A stretch of DNA of 50,086 nucleotides, the filler included, from Jimgerdemannia flammicorona (taxonomy: Eukaryota), in assembly GCA_003990765.1 (NCBI GenBank). It is 2 parts of 2 records of this genome, joined end to end, with 100 filler letters (N's around TTAATTAATTAA, not from the genome) between each part and the next. Parts side by side here need not be neighbours in the genome. Positions count along the whole stretch, not along the records: positions 1 to 25,001 come from RBNJ01000894.1; 1 more part is not named here. One strand, written 5' to 3'. The notes under the pieces were generated by a model. The model did not search any database. It was not told the origin of the DNA and saw only the letters and a list, made by a program, of their open reading frames with translations. A program made the translations under genes and the position numbers. Positions 1 to 12,001 of the stretch are shown here, in pieces (the first letter of the stretch is position 1; every line of letters starts with the position of its first letter).

Positions 1-869
1 GTTCTTTGGGTCTGTGTAAGTTGCTGGAGTAGTAGTTGTGGATCTGGAGTGAGGGCTTGATAGATAGCTGTTTGTTGCTGTGTAGGTGTATTCTGTCCTG
101 ATGGATGTGTGTCTCCTTCGGTGGTGTTTCCGGGATCGAATTCGGTAAGATACTCCTCCTCTTCTTCGGTTTGGTCCCCGTGTAATTGGGTTTGCTCGGC
201 ATCAAAGTAGACAGAATCAGTTGTATATCTGATTTCAGACAGGCTTAATTCAAAGTCAAGTTCAGGTTCGGTATTGGTTTCAGGTTCGAGTAGAGCTGTA
301 GCAGGGCCTGCTTCAGGTTCGGGGTCAGGTAGTTGGTGAAGGGTTTCTCTTGCTTCTTCCTTAAGAATATGGCGGGCCTTGCTATTCTGGAATCGGTAGT
401 ATAATGCGGTCTTGGTCCTGGTACGGTGATAGTCGGTAGAGTTGAGCCACTTGGCTACAGAGGCTTGGGCTTTGTGAGGAACTAAGGCTAGAAAGACTGC
501 TGCTGGTTGTCCTAGGTCGCTCGGATTTGTGGAGCTGACAAAACTCTTGTTGAGAAGAGTAAAGAAGGCTTCAATAAGACCTTCTTCGTCTTGACTTGCT
601 GGGTGTAGTGCAAGGAGTTCGGTGAATAGGGTTTCACCTATTTGCTGGTTTAACTTGAGTACTTCTTTCTTTGAATGAAGTTTATCCCACTTGTTGCAGA
701 TGTGGAGGTCAAATTGTCCTTGTACGTCAGGTTTAATTCTCTCCAGATTGTCAGATGGTTCAGGATAAATTCCAGTTCAGAGGTTGGGCTTTATACCAAC
801 TTGTAGGAATTCTCAGAGGGGTTTGTAGCGAGGTGAGGAAGCGTCTTGAAGCGGAATTGGATTGTAAAC

Positions 870-880
870 CGCTGCTACCA
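870..880 (-). promoter_or_regulatory. Primer binding site, probably initiator tRNA-Met
   Basis: Minus strand reads TGGTAGCAGCG 3 nt after the LTR end, complementary to a tRNA 3' end ...GCUACCA typical of eukaryotic tRNA-iMet. Second copy at 14421-14431. Confidence 0.75.
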
Positions 881-883
881 AGT

Positions 884-2357
884 TGTAAGAGGGTTACTTT
901 TTGGGGTAATCGTTACATAGTTCTGGAAGGGTTTTCTGGATATTCTGGAAGACCTTTTTCTTATGGTCAAGATCAATTTCGTATGGAGTACATCCTCTAC
1001 GCTTATTGATTTCAAGATCGGGTTGATGTCTCAACCAAAGTCCCTTTTCGGACTAGTTCTGGATGTTCAGGATTTTCCGTGTTTCAGGAAGTTCAGGAAA
1101 CTAAGACCAGCTTAGTTGAATTGGCGTATCGCTGCAGACAATACCCAATTAGGAAATTTCGTGATGGGGTTAGGAGTAGGACCTAACAGAGAGCGGATTT
1201 ACTTAAGAGTGGTTTGTGGGTTATTAAATAGGTTTATTTGCTATTCATGATATTGCTATACTAGGAGTATTTGTATGAAGGGATATTGTGGAGAAGTGTT
1301 CAGAAATATTCTTGTCTGTTCGAGTCTGAGATTCTGAGGTCTGGGGGAGGGGGTATTTATACTAGTGAGGGGCTATCTGGACTATGCTAAATATGGATAT
1401 AGTACTAAGTGCCTTGCTGAGTCGGAATGCAGTCACGTAGTACAAGTGTGATCTGACATGTCAAGAGATCGTCTGACTGCTGAGTCAGTTCACAGTCACG
1501 TCGTACAAGGCTAATCTATCTATACTATGACTGCTAGACTATTTATAGGTTTAGGCACTATCTGGGTAGTCTTCGATGACATCACTATTGATGACATCAT
1601 CACTGGCAAAGTCTGAGCAGTTTTCTGACATCATCAGTTTTCAAGATGTCGTCACGTCTATCTCTTGTAAGATTAAGGCTGTCCTTAGTGGCGGTGGTTG
1701 TACAAGGATAACAGGTCTTGGTTCTCTTTTTTTTTGGTCTGCTGGCACATTTGTGAGGACTGGCCATTCTCGTCTAGGGCGAGGGCTCCCAATGTCGCGG
1801 CTGGGGGTTCGAACCTCTCGGAAATGATATTTTCTGTAATCCGAGGCAATTTCTAGTAGTAATATCTGTCACATGGATGGCTTGAGATTGGTTTCGACGT
1901 TGTCGGCTTTCTTGAGTTCAGATGAAGTGTCTGTCACTCTCCAACGGAGGTAACACAGATAAAGCGAACAGAGTTGTTCAAATGCGTTTTGCTTCTGCTA
2001 AATAATGAGGTCTTATATAGTCACGGTATATCTTGGTCTTGGGTTGATAAGTGCAGTTCATGAACCTTTTGATGGGTGCGATAGGGTTCTTCTTGTCTTG
2101 ATTTGAGTTTAGTACTTTCAGTTTCTTTTGTAATAGTACAGTACACCAAACTAGTTATAACAGTTCAGAGTCAGTCTTATGGTTGTAGTACTTCTTCTAG
2201 TATTTTTGTATCTTAGCGTGGGTTCTCGTGCTTGCTGGCGTATTTCGTGTAACCAGATGATCTCTTTGGTAACTTGTTTTGTAGTCTCACATATGGTTTC
2301 CAAATTAGTTCTGAGGATACCATGCGATTTTAGTGGCTTGGAGGTTGTGCGCTTACA
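884..2357 (-). repeat. LTR (1474 bp, short-U3 variant)
   Basis: TGTAAG/CTTACA inverted termini. Close copies at 9543-11041 and 14435-15931. Confidence 0.95.
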
Positions 2358-2728
2358 CCAACACATTAGGCAACTGTACTACGAGCATGCCACTTTTTGA
2401 GAAAATGGACCTTACCAGACTTTTGACCTCCCAAACAGTGTAACAACACTAGAACAAATTAGAAGGCCCCGATGAGGACATCGAAAGCCAAGAAGGGGAG
2501 AGTTGTAAGCGCACAACCTCCAAGCCACCAAAATTATATGCGACCTCTGAATAAATCTGGAAATCACCTACTTGGTCATGAAGCTGAGTTAATATGAAGT
2601 CATGGAACACAAGATCTATACAAACAGAACCTTACCAATCAGGACCAAATGTATATATACCAAGCACCAAGACGCATCGAATCAGAAAACCAAAACAAAC
2701 AACAACCACAACTTCCAAACACACAAAC

Positions 2729-3826
2729 ATGACCACTGAGATCTACAACTATATCCGCGCTGACATTTGGAATGCCATTGTCAACCGAGCCACACCCCCT
2801 CTGCCTCTCATGAATATCCATAGCCTAGCACCCCTCTACTTCGTGGAAGCCCAATGGAATGCCCTGAATATGTTTAATGAGGCCCACCGGATCGGATAAA
2901 TATTAAGCTACTACCAGATTGGCTGCCTCTTGGAAGACATGGTCGAATACTACCACAATACAGACATTACCCAGATGTCTCAACACCAGAAGCTCATCAC
3001 CCGCAAACATCGAGAACTCTTCTATGAGTACAACACCTTTATTCCCCGCCTCTGAGTCACTACCAGCGAAATGATTGCTACCCTGTCCTATGGCCAAATC
3101 GATGACATGATACAAGAACTCAACCACAAGTACCTCGAATATGTCCAGACTACAGACAGAACCTTCTTGCACCCTGATAACCATATCCTACAAATGCCTC
3201 AAGTCGGATATGCCATGAAGGATGTCTACGATATAATCCACTTCGATGAAGATGAAGCAGAAGACAATAATTCCTCTGATGCTGACATGACCTCAAGCCA
3301 AGGATCTCTGCCAACCCTGATCACTCTGCCAACCTTGCCGATGAACTTACAACAGTTCATAACTGCATATGAGACTTATTGAGACAATGACCACTGGCAT
3401 GAATACCAACCCGCGTTCACCCCCAATTACTTCAATTACAATGAAGAGACCGGAGAACACAACCTGTACCTTCAGACAACCCTTGAGATTGAACCAACCA
3501 CTCTACCACCTGAGTACGAGTGACATGAACCACAGCTGCCAGCTTACTACAATCCTGCAACTCATAGTGCTGTAACCTATAGAAGGTATGCAGACAGTAA
3601 ATCCGATGAAAGCGAAGACAATACACCCATCCTTCGCCCACCAACACCTTATCCAGCCTACGAGACAGACGATGCTATCCTGTGGGACGGAGATGAAGTT
3701 CCAATGTATTACTATCTCAGCCAACAAGGAGAAGTAATCCGCGAACCACTCTTCCTAGATGACTACTTTATCAGAGATGATGCAATCGATGGTGATGTCA
3801 TCGAAGACTACCCAGATAGTGCCTAA
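2729..3826 (+). pseudogene. LTR(U3)-encoded ORF, 365 codons, N-terminal domain plus acidic Pro/Tyr-rich tail, unknown function
   Basis: One frame from ATG 2729 (MTTEIYNY) to TAA 3826 (DVIEDYPDSA*), with no frameshift. It joins track ORFs 2594-2899 and 3071-3382. The four internal stops (TAA 2897, TGA 3053, 3380, ~3521) are each one C>T from CAA/CGA. Confidence 0.8.
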
Positions 3827-3828
3827 GA

Positions 3829-4146
3829 CCTATAAATAGTCTAGCAGTCATAGTATAGATAGATTAGCCTTGTACGACATAACTGTGAACTGACTCAGCA
3901 GTCAGATGATCTCTTGATATGTCAGATCACACTTATACTACGTGACTGTATTCCGACTCAGCAAGGTACTTAGTGCTACATCCATATTCAGCATAGTCCA
4001 GATAGTCCCTCACTAGTATAAATACCCCCTCCCCCAGACCTCAGAATCTCAGACTTGAACAATCCGAACACAACTCCTGAGCACTTCCCCACAATATCCC
4101 TTCACACAACTACTCCTAGTATAGTAATATCATAAATAGCAAATAA
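3829..4146 (+). promoter_or_regulatory. Putative LTR promoter and polyA region
   Basis: TATAAATA at ~3831 and ~4017, duplicated GACTCAGCA modules (TGACTCA at 3891-3897), AATAAA at ~4142. Confidence 0.45.
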
Positions 4147-4505
4147 ATCTATTCCATAATCCACAAACTACTCTTAAGTAAATCCGCTCTCTGTTAGGTC
4201 CTACTCCTAACCCTATCACGAAATTTCCTAATTGGGTATTGTCTGCAGTGATACACTAATTCAACTAAGCTGGTCTTAGTTTCTTGAACTTCCTGAAATA
4301 TGGAAAATCCTGAACATCCAGAACTAGTCCGAAAAAGGACTTTGGTTGAGACGTCAACCTGATCTTGAAATCAATAAGCATAGAGAATGTACTCCATATG
4401 AAATTGATCTTGACCATAAGAAAACAGTCTTCCAGAATATCCAGAATATCCAGAAAACCCTTCCAGAACTATATAACGATTACCCTAAAAAGTAACCCTC
4501 TTACA

Positions 4506-4699
4506 GAGATAGAAATTTCTATATAAATTTTCTACTTAGTCTTCTTAAACTGAATATTATAAAAAATAATTATATAATATTTTTGTAAGTTTTATAGTTT
4601 ATATGCTGCTCTATTATATCTAATTATCTATCTTAGGCTCAAACTTATTTTTATTACTACTTTTATTTAGAATATAAGTCTTACTTCTAAATATATATA
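4506..4699 (-). mobile_element. Degenerate Ty1/Copia fragment (post-integrase region)
   Basis: Minus strand resembles decayed IFGSKAY...KFEPK...GY...AYKL. Continues the Copia integrase at 23339-23840 across the LINE TSD. Confidence 0.65.
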
Positions 4700-5864
4700 T
4701 ATATATATTTTTTATAGTTACTTGGACTTTCTTTTATTACCTCAATCTATAAATAATAATATAATTCTACCTATATTATCTCAACTGATACCTCTTGGAT
4801 CTCTCTCTCTACTCTCTATCTCTCTTTATCAGAGGATAACCCAGTCACCTACTATCCAAATTCTCTTTCTACTTTTCCAGCAAATACAATTCACTAAACT
4901 CTATTGGCTCTCTCTACTCAGTCTCTACCCTCTCTACTAGCTATTCAAAATGTCCAGTAATAGCCATTCTCATCATACCACCCTAGCTCCAATCCCAACC
5001 TACTGATCCTCCTCAAATATATATAACCAATACTCAGCCAGCCTCATCCAAATTGCCAGAGCTCAACTCAGGATCAGCCATTTATCTCCAACCCCTCTCA
5101 CTAGCTTTTGGTGGAGGTCTCTCTATCTTCCCCCTTCCTACCCTACTAGGGCTTACAGTCCTAACTGGTCTACAATATAGTGCCAAAACTTCTCTAAGAC
5201 ATCACACTTGTCAAGCCAATGTTTAGGCATTTGTATCACTCCCTCCTCCTGTCCAACATCTAAGTATTTCTCATACTCAAATATACCAACTACTACTAAG
5301 TACCCAGACTGATAGTTTAATATCACATTTCACCTTAGAAACTGCCACCATATCACCCAGAACTTGGGGAGAAGCTACTGCATCACCTGCTTGCTTCAAG
5401 GCCAAAGACTATTCTAGTTTCACTTCTTACCAATCCCCACTCTCTGCTATGCTTCAGACCACAGATCCCCCCCTAAGCCTCACATATAATCCATTCTATC
5501 ACTAAGCTGGAAATCATCCACCAAAGCACCACCCAGTAGTAGCCTGTTCTATCTCTACATCTGTAGTCTCCAATCTTTCTCTCCCTTATCACTCTGTCAC
5601 TGGAGTCCAATTCTCTTAGCACCATCTACTACTCCACACCAAAAGCTCTTATATTGCATCCTCTTGCTCCTATTTAGGGCCACTATTGTAAGTAGATCTT
5701 CAGATGCTCCACAGGGGGAATATCAGGCCTCCCACACCCTCTGCATGAGTGGTACCCACTCTTGGCTCCTCAACTCACTTGCTCTCTTCAGCCACCATGC
5801 TTGCAAGTAGTACTCTGCAAACCTGACCTGATTAACCTGAAACTCAGCTCATAAAACAGTTAAC

Positions 5865-6185
5865 CCAGAATTAAACATTACCCATCTTTAACCCAACTCA
5901 GAATTATACATCACCCATCTTTAACCTGACCCAGAATTATATATCACCTGTCTTTAACCCAACCCAGAATTGTACATCACCCATCTTTAATCTGACCTAG
6001 AAAGATACATTATCCATCTTTAACCTGATCCGGAATTAAACATAACCTATCTTTAACCTGATCTGGAAATATATATCACCTAACCCATTATTTACCCTTA
6101 ACCCAAACCTGAATCCAACTCTTGAACCTGACTCTGAACCCAATCCCTGAACCTGACCCTAAACCTGATCCTCTGAACTCTGCCT
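5865..6185 (+). repeat. hAT left subterminal tandem repeats (33-bp unit, then 6-bp AACCTG units)
   Basis: About six to seven copies of CAGAATTATACATCACCCATCTTTAACCTGACC-like units, followed by AACC(C/T)G hexamers. Confidence 0.9.
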
Positions 6186-6244
6186 TGAAAAAATGATTCA
6201 TAAAATATTTGGATAATATTTAGAGCAATTAGAAGTAAAAAATA

Positions 6245-8840
6245 TCTGAAGACTACTAAGAATCCAAACACATGCATATACAAATTGTATTTACATATAA
6301 GCTGTTTCAACATTCAGTCACCAGCTCACCAGCAATAGAAAAAATATATTCAGATAGAACAAATATCACTGAAATAATAAGATAATTGTGAGCCATTTGT
6401 GAAAGATTAGAATATACCAACTGATTTTGCCATTATCAATTCAGTATATCTATACAAAGATCAGCTTGATTCTCTGACAAATAACTGAAACAGAGAAATA
6501 TGAGTAAAAATTAACCAAATCAACCAAAAAACATAAAAACAATATACACTATTCAAGCTCATCATCCATATCGATGTACTGTTTCTTCTCATATATTGAG
6601 TTGATAAAATTATTGGTATCATGAAATATTGAGGGTATAATGATAGCATTAACAGACTTATACTCCTTTTACCAGATATGTTCCATCTGATTCTTCTATT
6701 TATTAATTAAGGATTTTTTCCATTGCTTATGATGGAAATAATATATGTTGATACATAGATTTAAGGTCAAAGCTATGCTGTATAATGGTGTCATCTTGCA
6801 GTAATACTTTAGAAGTTTTGTATGTGTATTCTCAGCAGTAGTGAGCATTATCTATAAAAAATAAAAAATAAATGAAAATATACACATATTACTTTCCAAT
6901 TACTTACTAAATTAGTTCCTAAATTCATAAATAAAATTACTTTCAAAATCATATATATATCTAATTAAAATGTTCACCAGTTTGATATATATCAATAATA
7001 TCTTTAAGATGATCATATAGCCAATTAAATAAAGAGATAACAGCTGCTATTGTAGGATACTTCGAAGCTGATATTATAGTTGTCACTTTGATAAAAGGTT
7101 TGAGAAATTGGCAAATAAATTCAAATTGTTGCCATACATCTTTAAATATATTGCTTATTTACTTATCTATGATATATAATATATCCAAGCCCTATTTGGA
7201 TATAATATCAATTTATTTAGTATCAAAATACTTCTGAATCATATTCCAAAATCTATATAAATAGATTCAAAATCTTACCTTATGAATCTCCAGAGCATAT
7301 ACTAATATTTTATATATAGAACTCTATCTCATCATAATATCTAAGAGAGGCTTCAAAATGAGAATTCTGGAGGATTCACTGACCTTCACCAGTTGTGCTT
7401 ATTATTGTACTGAATTTTTGATCTTCTTTATCAACTCTTATAGCTTTCCAATAGGCTCACTAAGAGAACCAAGAGCATCATGAATGATGGGATTTAATAT
7501 ATATCCAAAATAGCATATATAAGCAAGTGGATGATGGAGATTCTCAAACAAAGTATCATTGTTACTGATATTGTCACACACAACAGCAATAATTTGATTA
7601 TCACTAGGCAATAAATCATCTATTACCAGCTCAAGACTTTTTGTAAGATTGGCACCCATGTGTATTATTTTACTAATATTCATAAAGTCTAAGATAATGT
7701 CATACATCTTTCAATCACTGTCAATCCAATAGGCTGTTATTCCAAGAAAGATCTTGATATTAATGTCTGATGTCCAACAATCAAGTATAAGTAATACCTT
7801 CAACTTGAGCCCTGCTAGCCTTGCTTTTACTTGAGTTTGCAATAGTTTGAATTCCTTTCGAATAACTTGCAAAATCATATCAGCTGATAGAAGGGCCAGA
7901 TCAGAGTGTAATATATGAAGGAGATACTTGAAGCCAGTGTTTTCAATAGTAGAGAATGGCTGATATCCAGTGACAATAAAGTTGGCAATTAATTGATGGA
8001 AATTTTCATCACTTAAAGTCTTGCTAGTGTGTTCTTATTTGTAATGATAAAATTTGATGAATTATTTTTCTAATAATCTCCTAAGTACTTCTCAAATTCC
8101 ATTCTATCTATACTTACAATATTATTTTTCTTAGACCAGCAAGGATTCTCAGTATGCTGGAGAGGTAAGAGTATGGTATTGTGATGCTTCCAGAGATGTC
8201 ATTTAAGATTATTGATATTGCTATCCTTCAATATATAGCTCTAAGTCATGCAATGGTTGTAACTGATGAGCTTACTTTGTAAATTCTATTTAAATAGAGA
8301 GATATGAGACTATATTAGAATCTCAACTGCTTACAACTGACCATCCATCCTTATGACTGATGAGACCAATTACTCCTATGAATGTAACCATTAGTACAAT
8401 GTATAAAACTACCTTTGTGGCATAATTCCACATCCAGCTATCATTAGGTTTTGTTTTTATTTTTATTCTTATGTTTGTTGGTGATAACAAACTGGTGGAG
8501 ATATCTGATATATCCTCTAATATATCCTCTGATATATCATCTGATGGTTCTGAGATTTCTCCTAAATATACTTCTTGATCTTTAGATATTTTGAATGTTT
8601 GATGATGGCAGAGACTGAGAGCTTGAGTGGGAGGTTGAGAGCTGAAAAGTGGCTAGAAAGTAGCAAGCTAGAGAGTGGCAAACTGAGAAATGAGCTGGGG
8701 GAGCAGTGAACTAGGGGGCAGGGAGTTGGGGGGAGGTAGCAAGTAGCAAGAAAAGCTAGGAACTATGGGGCCTGGAACAGGAGTCAGCAAGCTGGGGAGC
8801 AGCAAGAGAGAGAGCAGCAAGGTGGTATACAATAGCCAAT
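6245..8840 (-). pseudogene. hAT transposase, intron-containing (start approximate)
   Basis: BED-finger remnants (SWMWNY, NLK*HLWKHH), LDCWTS, VCDNISNN, decayed CxxH (CYFGYILN), R*SS, and a C-terminal dimerisation domain (LSQMAHNYL..SEYIFSIAG..MCLDS). Confidence 0.92.
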
Positions 8841-8932
8841 GATTGATTGTAGACAGAGAATAGATGAATAAATATATATGGGTGATAAACTGGTACCTAT
8901 TATGCAACTGCAAACAGCAAACATACTTTGGA

Positions 8933-9256
8933 GATTCAGTGTGTTCTACATAAGCTCTGATTGAGCAAGGTTTATAACAATATTTAAGCAAGGTTTATGG
9001 TATATTTGAGTGAGATTTGTAGCAAGGTTCAAGTAAGATTTACAAGCAAAATTAAAGTGAGATTTGCAAGTGAGATTTACACATAAGATTAAAGCAAGAT
9101 TTGTATAAGCCAGGCTTTACAAGTCTTGTACTTGTAAATCTTGCTTGAATCTTGCTGTAAATCTTGCTGTAAATCTCATTCAAATATACTACAAACCTCA
9201 CTCAAATGTCATTACAAACCTCACTCAATCGGGGCTTATACAGAACCTGCTGAATC
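8933..9256. repeat. Imperfect inverted repeat (hairpin 1) in the hAT intergenic region
   Basis: GATTCAGTGTGTTCTACATAAGCTCTGATTGAG pairs with CTCAATCGGGGCTTATACAGAACCTGCTGAATC. The arms are built from short GCAAGATTT/GTGAGATTT units. Confidence 0.85.
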
Positions 9257-9262
9257 ATGCAG

Positions 9263-9470
9263 AGAGAAGTGAAATGCAGTGAGAAAAGCTCTAGATTGCA
9301 AGCATAAGCATAAGTATAAACTTTGCTCTGCTCAGTCTGACAAGCTGATAATAAGCTAATATCATATAATATCAGCTATATATCAACTGAGTAGAGCAAA
9401 GCTTGTACTTGTACTTACACTTATGTTTATACTTGCAATCCAGAGCTTTCCTCACTGTATTCCACTCCTC
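9263..9470. repeat. Imperfect inverted repeat (hairpin 2)
   Basis: GAGAAGTGAAATGCAGTGAGAAAAGCTCTAGATTGCAAG pairs with CTTGCAATCCAGAGCTTTCCTCACTGTATTCCACTCCTC. Confidence 0.85.
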
Positions 9471-11049
9471 TTACATTCCACTCCTCTTGCATTTCACTCC
9501 TCTTGTACAACCCTTACATATTTCTTCACCTCCCTTATCCTCTGTAAGAGGGTTGCTTTTTAGAGTAATCATTATGTAGTTCTGGAAGGGTTTTCTGGAA
9601 GTTCTAGATATTCTGGAAGACTGTTTTCTTATGGTTAAGATCAATTTTATATGGAGTATGTCCTCTACACTTATTGATTTCAAGATCAGGTTGACATCTC
9701 AACCAAAGTCCCTTTTCAGACTAGTTCTGGATGTTCAGGATTTTTCATATTTCAGAAAGTTTAAGAAACTAAGACCAGCTTAGTTGAATTGGTATATTGC
9801 TGCAGATAATATCCAATTAGGAAATTTCATGATATGGTTAGGAGTGAGATCTAATAGAGAGTAGATTTACTTAAGAGTAGTTTGAGGGTTATTAAATAGG
9901 TTTATTTGCTATTCATAATATTGCTATACTAGGAGTAATTATATAAAGGGATATTGTGGAGAAGTGTTCAGAAATGTTCTTGTATATTCAAGTTTTCAAG
10001 TCTGAGATTCTGAGGTCTAGAGGAGGGGGTATTTATACTAATAAGGGGCTATCTGGGCTATGCTAGATATGGATGTAGCACTTAGTGCCTTGCTGAGTCA
10101 GAATACAGTCACATAGTACAAGTGTGATCTGACATATCAAGAGATCATCTGACTGCTGAGTCAGTTCACAGTCACATCATATAAGGCTAATCTAACTATA
10201 CTATGACTGCAAAGCTATTTATAGGTTTAGGCACTGTCTGGGTAATCTTCAATGACATCACTATTGATGACATTATCACTGGCAAAGTCTGGGCAGTTTT
10301 CTGACTTTTGATATCATTAGTTTCAAGATGTCATTACTTCTATCTCTTGCAAGATTAAGACTGTCCTTGGTGGCAGTGATTGTATAAAGATAACAGGTCT
10401 TAGTTCTCTTTTTTTTTGGTCTGCTGGCACATTTGCAAGGACTGACCATTCTCGTTTAGGGTGAGGACTCCCAATATTGTAGCTGGGGGTTCGAACTTCT
10501 CAGAAATGATATTTTCTATAATCTGAGACAATTTCTAGTAGTAATATCTATCATGTGGATGGCTTGAGATTGGTTTCAATGATGTCGGCTTTCTTGAGTT
10601 CAGATGAAGCATCTGTCACTCTCCAATAGAGGTGATACAGATAGAGCAAATAGAGTTGTTCAAATGTATTTTGCTTCTGCTAAGTAATGAGATCTTATAT
10701 AGTCACAGTATATCTTGGTCTTGAGTTGATAAGTGCAGTTCATGAACCTTTTGGTAGATAAGATAGGATTCTTCTTATCTCAATTTGAGTTTAGTACTTT
10801 TGGTTTCCTTTTGTAATAGTATAGTATACCAAACTAGTTATAGTAGTTCAGAGTCAGTCTTATGGTTATAGTACTTCTTTTAGTATTCTTGTATCTTGGC
10901 AGTGAGTTCTCGTGCTTGCTGGCATATTTTATGTAACCAGATGATCTCTTCAGTAACTTGTTTTGTAGTCTTGCATGTGGTTTCCAAATTAGTTCTGAGG
11001 ATGCCATGTAATTTTGGTAGCTTGGAGGTTGTGTACTTACAACTCTCTC

Positions 11050-11205
11050 CTTCTTAGCTTTTGATGTCCTTGTCAGGGCCTTCTAATTTGTTCTGGTGTT
11101 GTTGTACCATTTGGATGGTTCTTGTCACTGTATTTGTTAAGGATTTGTTCAACTTTATATTCTTCTTGGTCATTAATAATAACAGGTGCAGGTGGTTCTG
11201 TAGTT
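11050..11205 (-). pseudogene. Truncated chromodomain from the integrase C-terminus
   Basis: EPPAPVIINDQEEYKVEQILN matches the chromovirus PPP..DGEEEYEVE.ILD pattern. Confidence 0.8.
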
Positions 11206-11469
11206 CAGTTCAGAAATATGTCTCGGACCTTCTGGAGTAGTGGTCTGACATAGCTGTTAACTTTGGAAAAGTCTTCTTCAGAGTTCTTGGGTTCTCCTTT
11301 GGATGGGTGGATGGAGATGGCAAAGAGAGGGTATTTCTTGGCCAATTTCTTGAGTTGTAGTTTGTTGATGTGGGTGATCTTTGGTCCAGGGTCACTAGAA
11401 TTGAGTGGGTCCTTTTTGCCTTGCAGTTTGAAGTTATGGCATCCTTTCTTAATAGTCAGAGAATGGTTT

Positions 11470-11790
11470 ACCCTATCAATCATAGGGTTCTCTTGTTTCA
11501 ACCATAGAGTCCTAAGAATGATTTTATTGTCAGGAAGTGGTATGATCTAAAGGATAATATGTACTCGATAGTCACCAATTTGGAAGGGCAGATTGTGGAC
11601 TTCTTTGCTAATGACATGTGAGGTTCCATTAGCTATGGCAACTACTTGAGTTTGTTATACCAGAGAGGTGAAGACCTTGAGTCTGTTGGCTATTTCTTCA
11701 TTGATGAAGTTGCCTGAGGCACTACTGTCTATTATAATCTTGACAGGTGCTCAATTGACAAAGACTTTAAGTATAAGCAGTTTGTCTGAT
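11470..11790 (-). pseudogene. Retropepsin aspartic protease
   Basis: IIDSSASGNFI (decayed DSGA) and IILRTLWLKQENPMID (decayed ILG.PWL). Confidence 0.9.
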
Positions 11791-12001
11791 CCAATGGTGG
11801 TAATTTCAGTTATAGGAGCTTTCCTTCTATTGGTTCTTCTTTGAGTCAATTCGTTAATATAAAAGAAGCAATCATCAATCATTTGGGATGAGTACATTCT
11901 AATACCATAGGGACATCAGCCACTTGGTATATATCCATCTTTGATTTTCTTGTAGAATTGTTCTTCTTTACTCATGGTAGGTTGGGCTGGAGCCTTGTTT
12001 G

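Larger units (their letters stand above)
1..2357 (-). mobile_element. Ty3/Gypsy LTR retrotransposon copy A (5' LTR, PBS and gag leader; runs off the window start)
   Basis: Collinear with 13552-15931. LTR 884-2357 is bounded by TGTAAG...CTTACA, followed on the minus strand by a PBS and a long open acidic frame. Confidence 0.92.
2358..4505 (+). mobile_element. 3' end of Gypsy copy B (pol tail, PPT, 3' LTR), interrupted by copy A
   Basis: Purine tract AGAAGGGGAGAG (2491-2502) directly before LTR 2504-4505. The ~65 bp before the LTR match the reverse complement of 11042-11110. Confidence 0.9.
2504..4505 (+). repeat. LTR (2002 bp, long-U3 variant)
   Basis: TGTAAG...CTTACA termini. The first ~65 bp and 3776-4505 are homologous to the other LTRs; the middle ~1.2 kb differs. 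Confidence 0.93.

Noticed and set aside
2729..3826. U3 ORFs as env genes or as evidence for an alternative genetic code
   Set aside because: No signal peptide or transmembrane stretch is visible. The stops are mixed TAA/TGA/TAG and match the C>T decay seen throughout the window.
5865..6090. 33-bp repeats as a possible CRISPR array
   Set aside because: There are no unique spacers and no cas genes, and an inverted counterpart lies at the other hAT end, so these are subterminal repeats.
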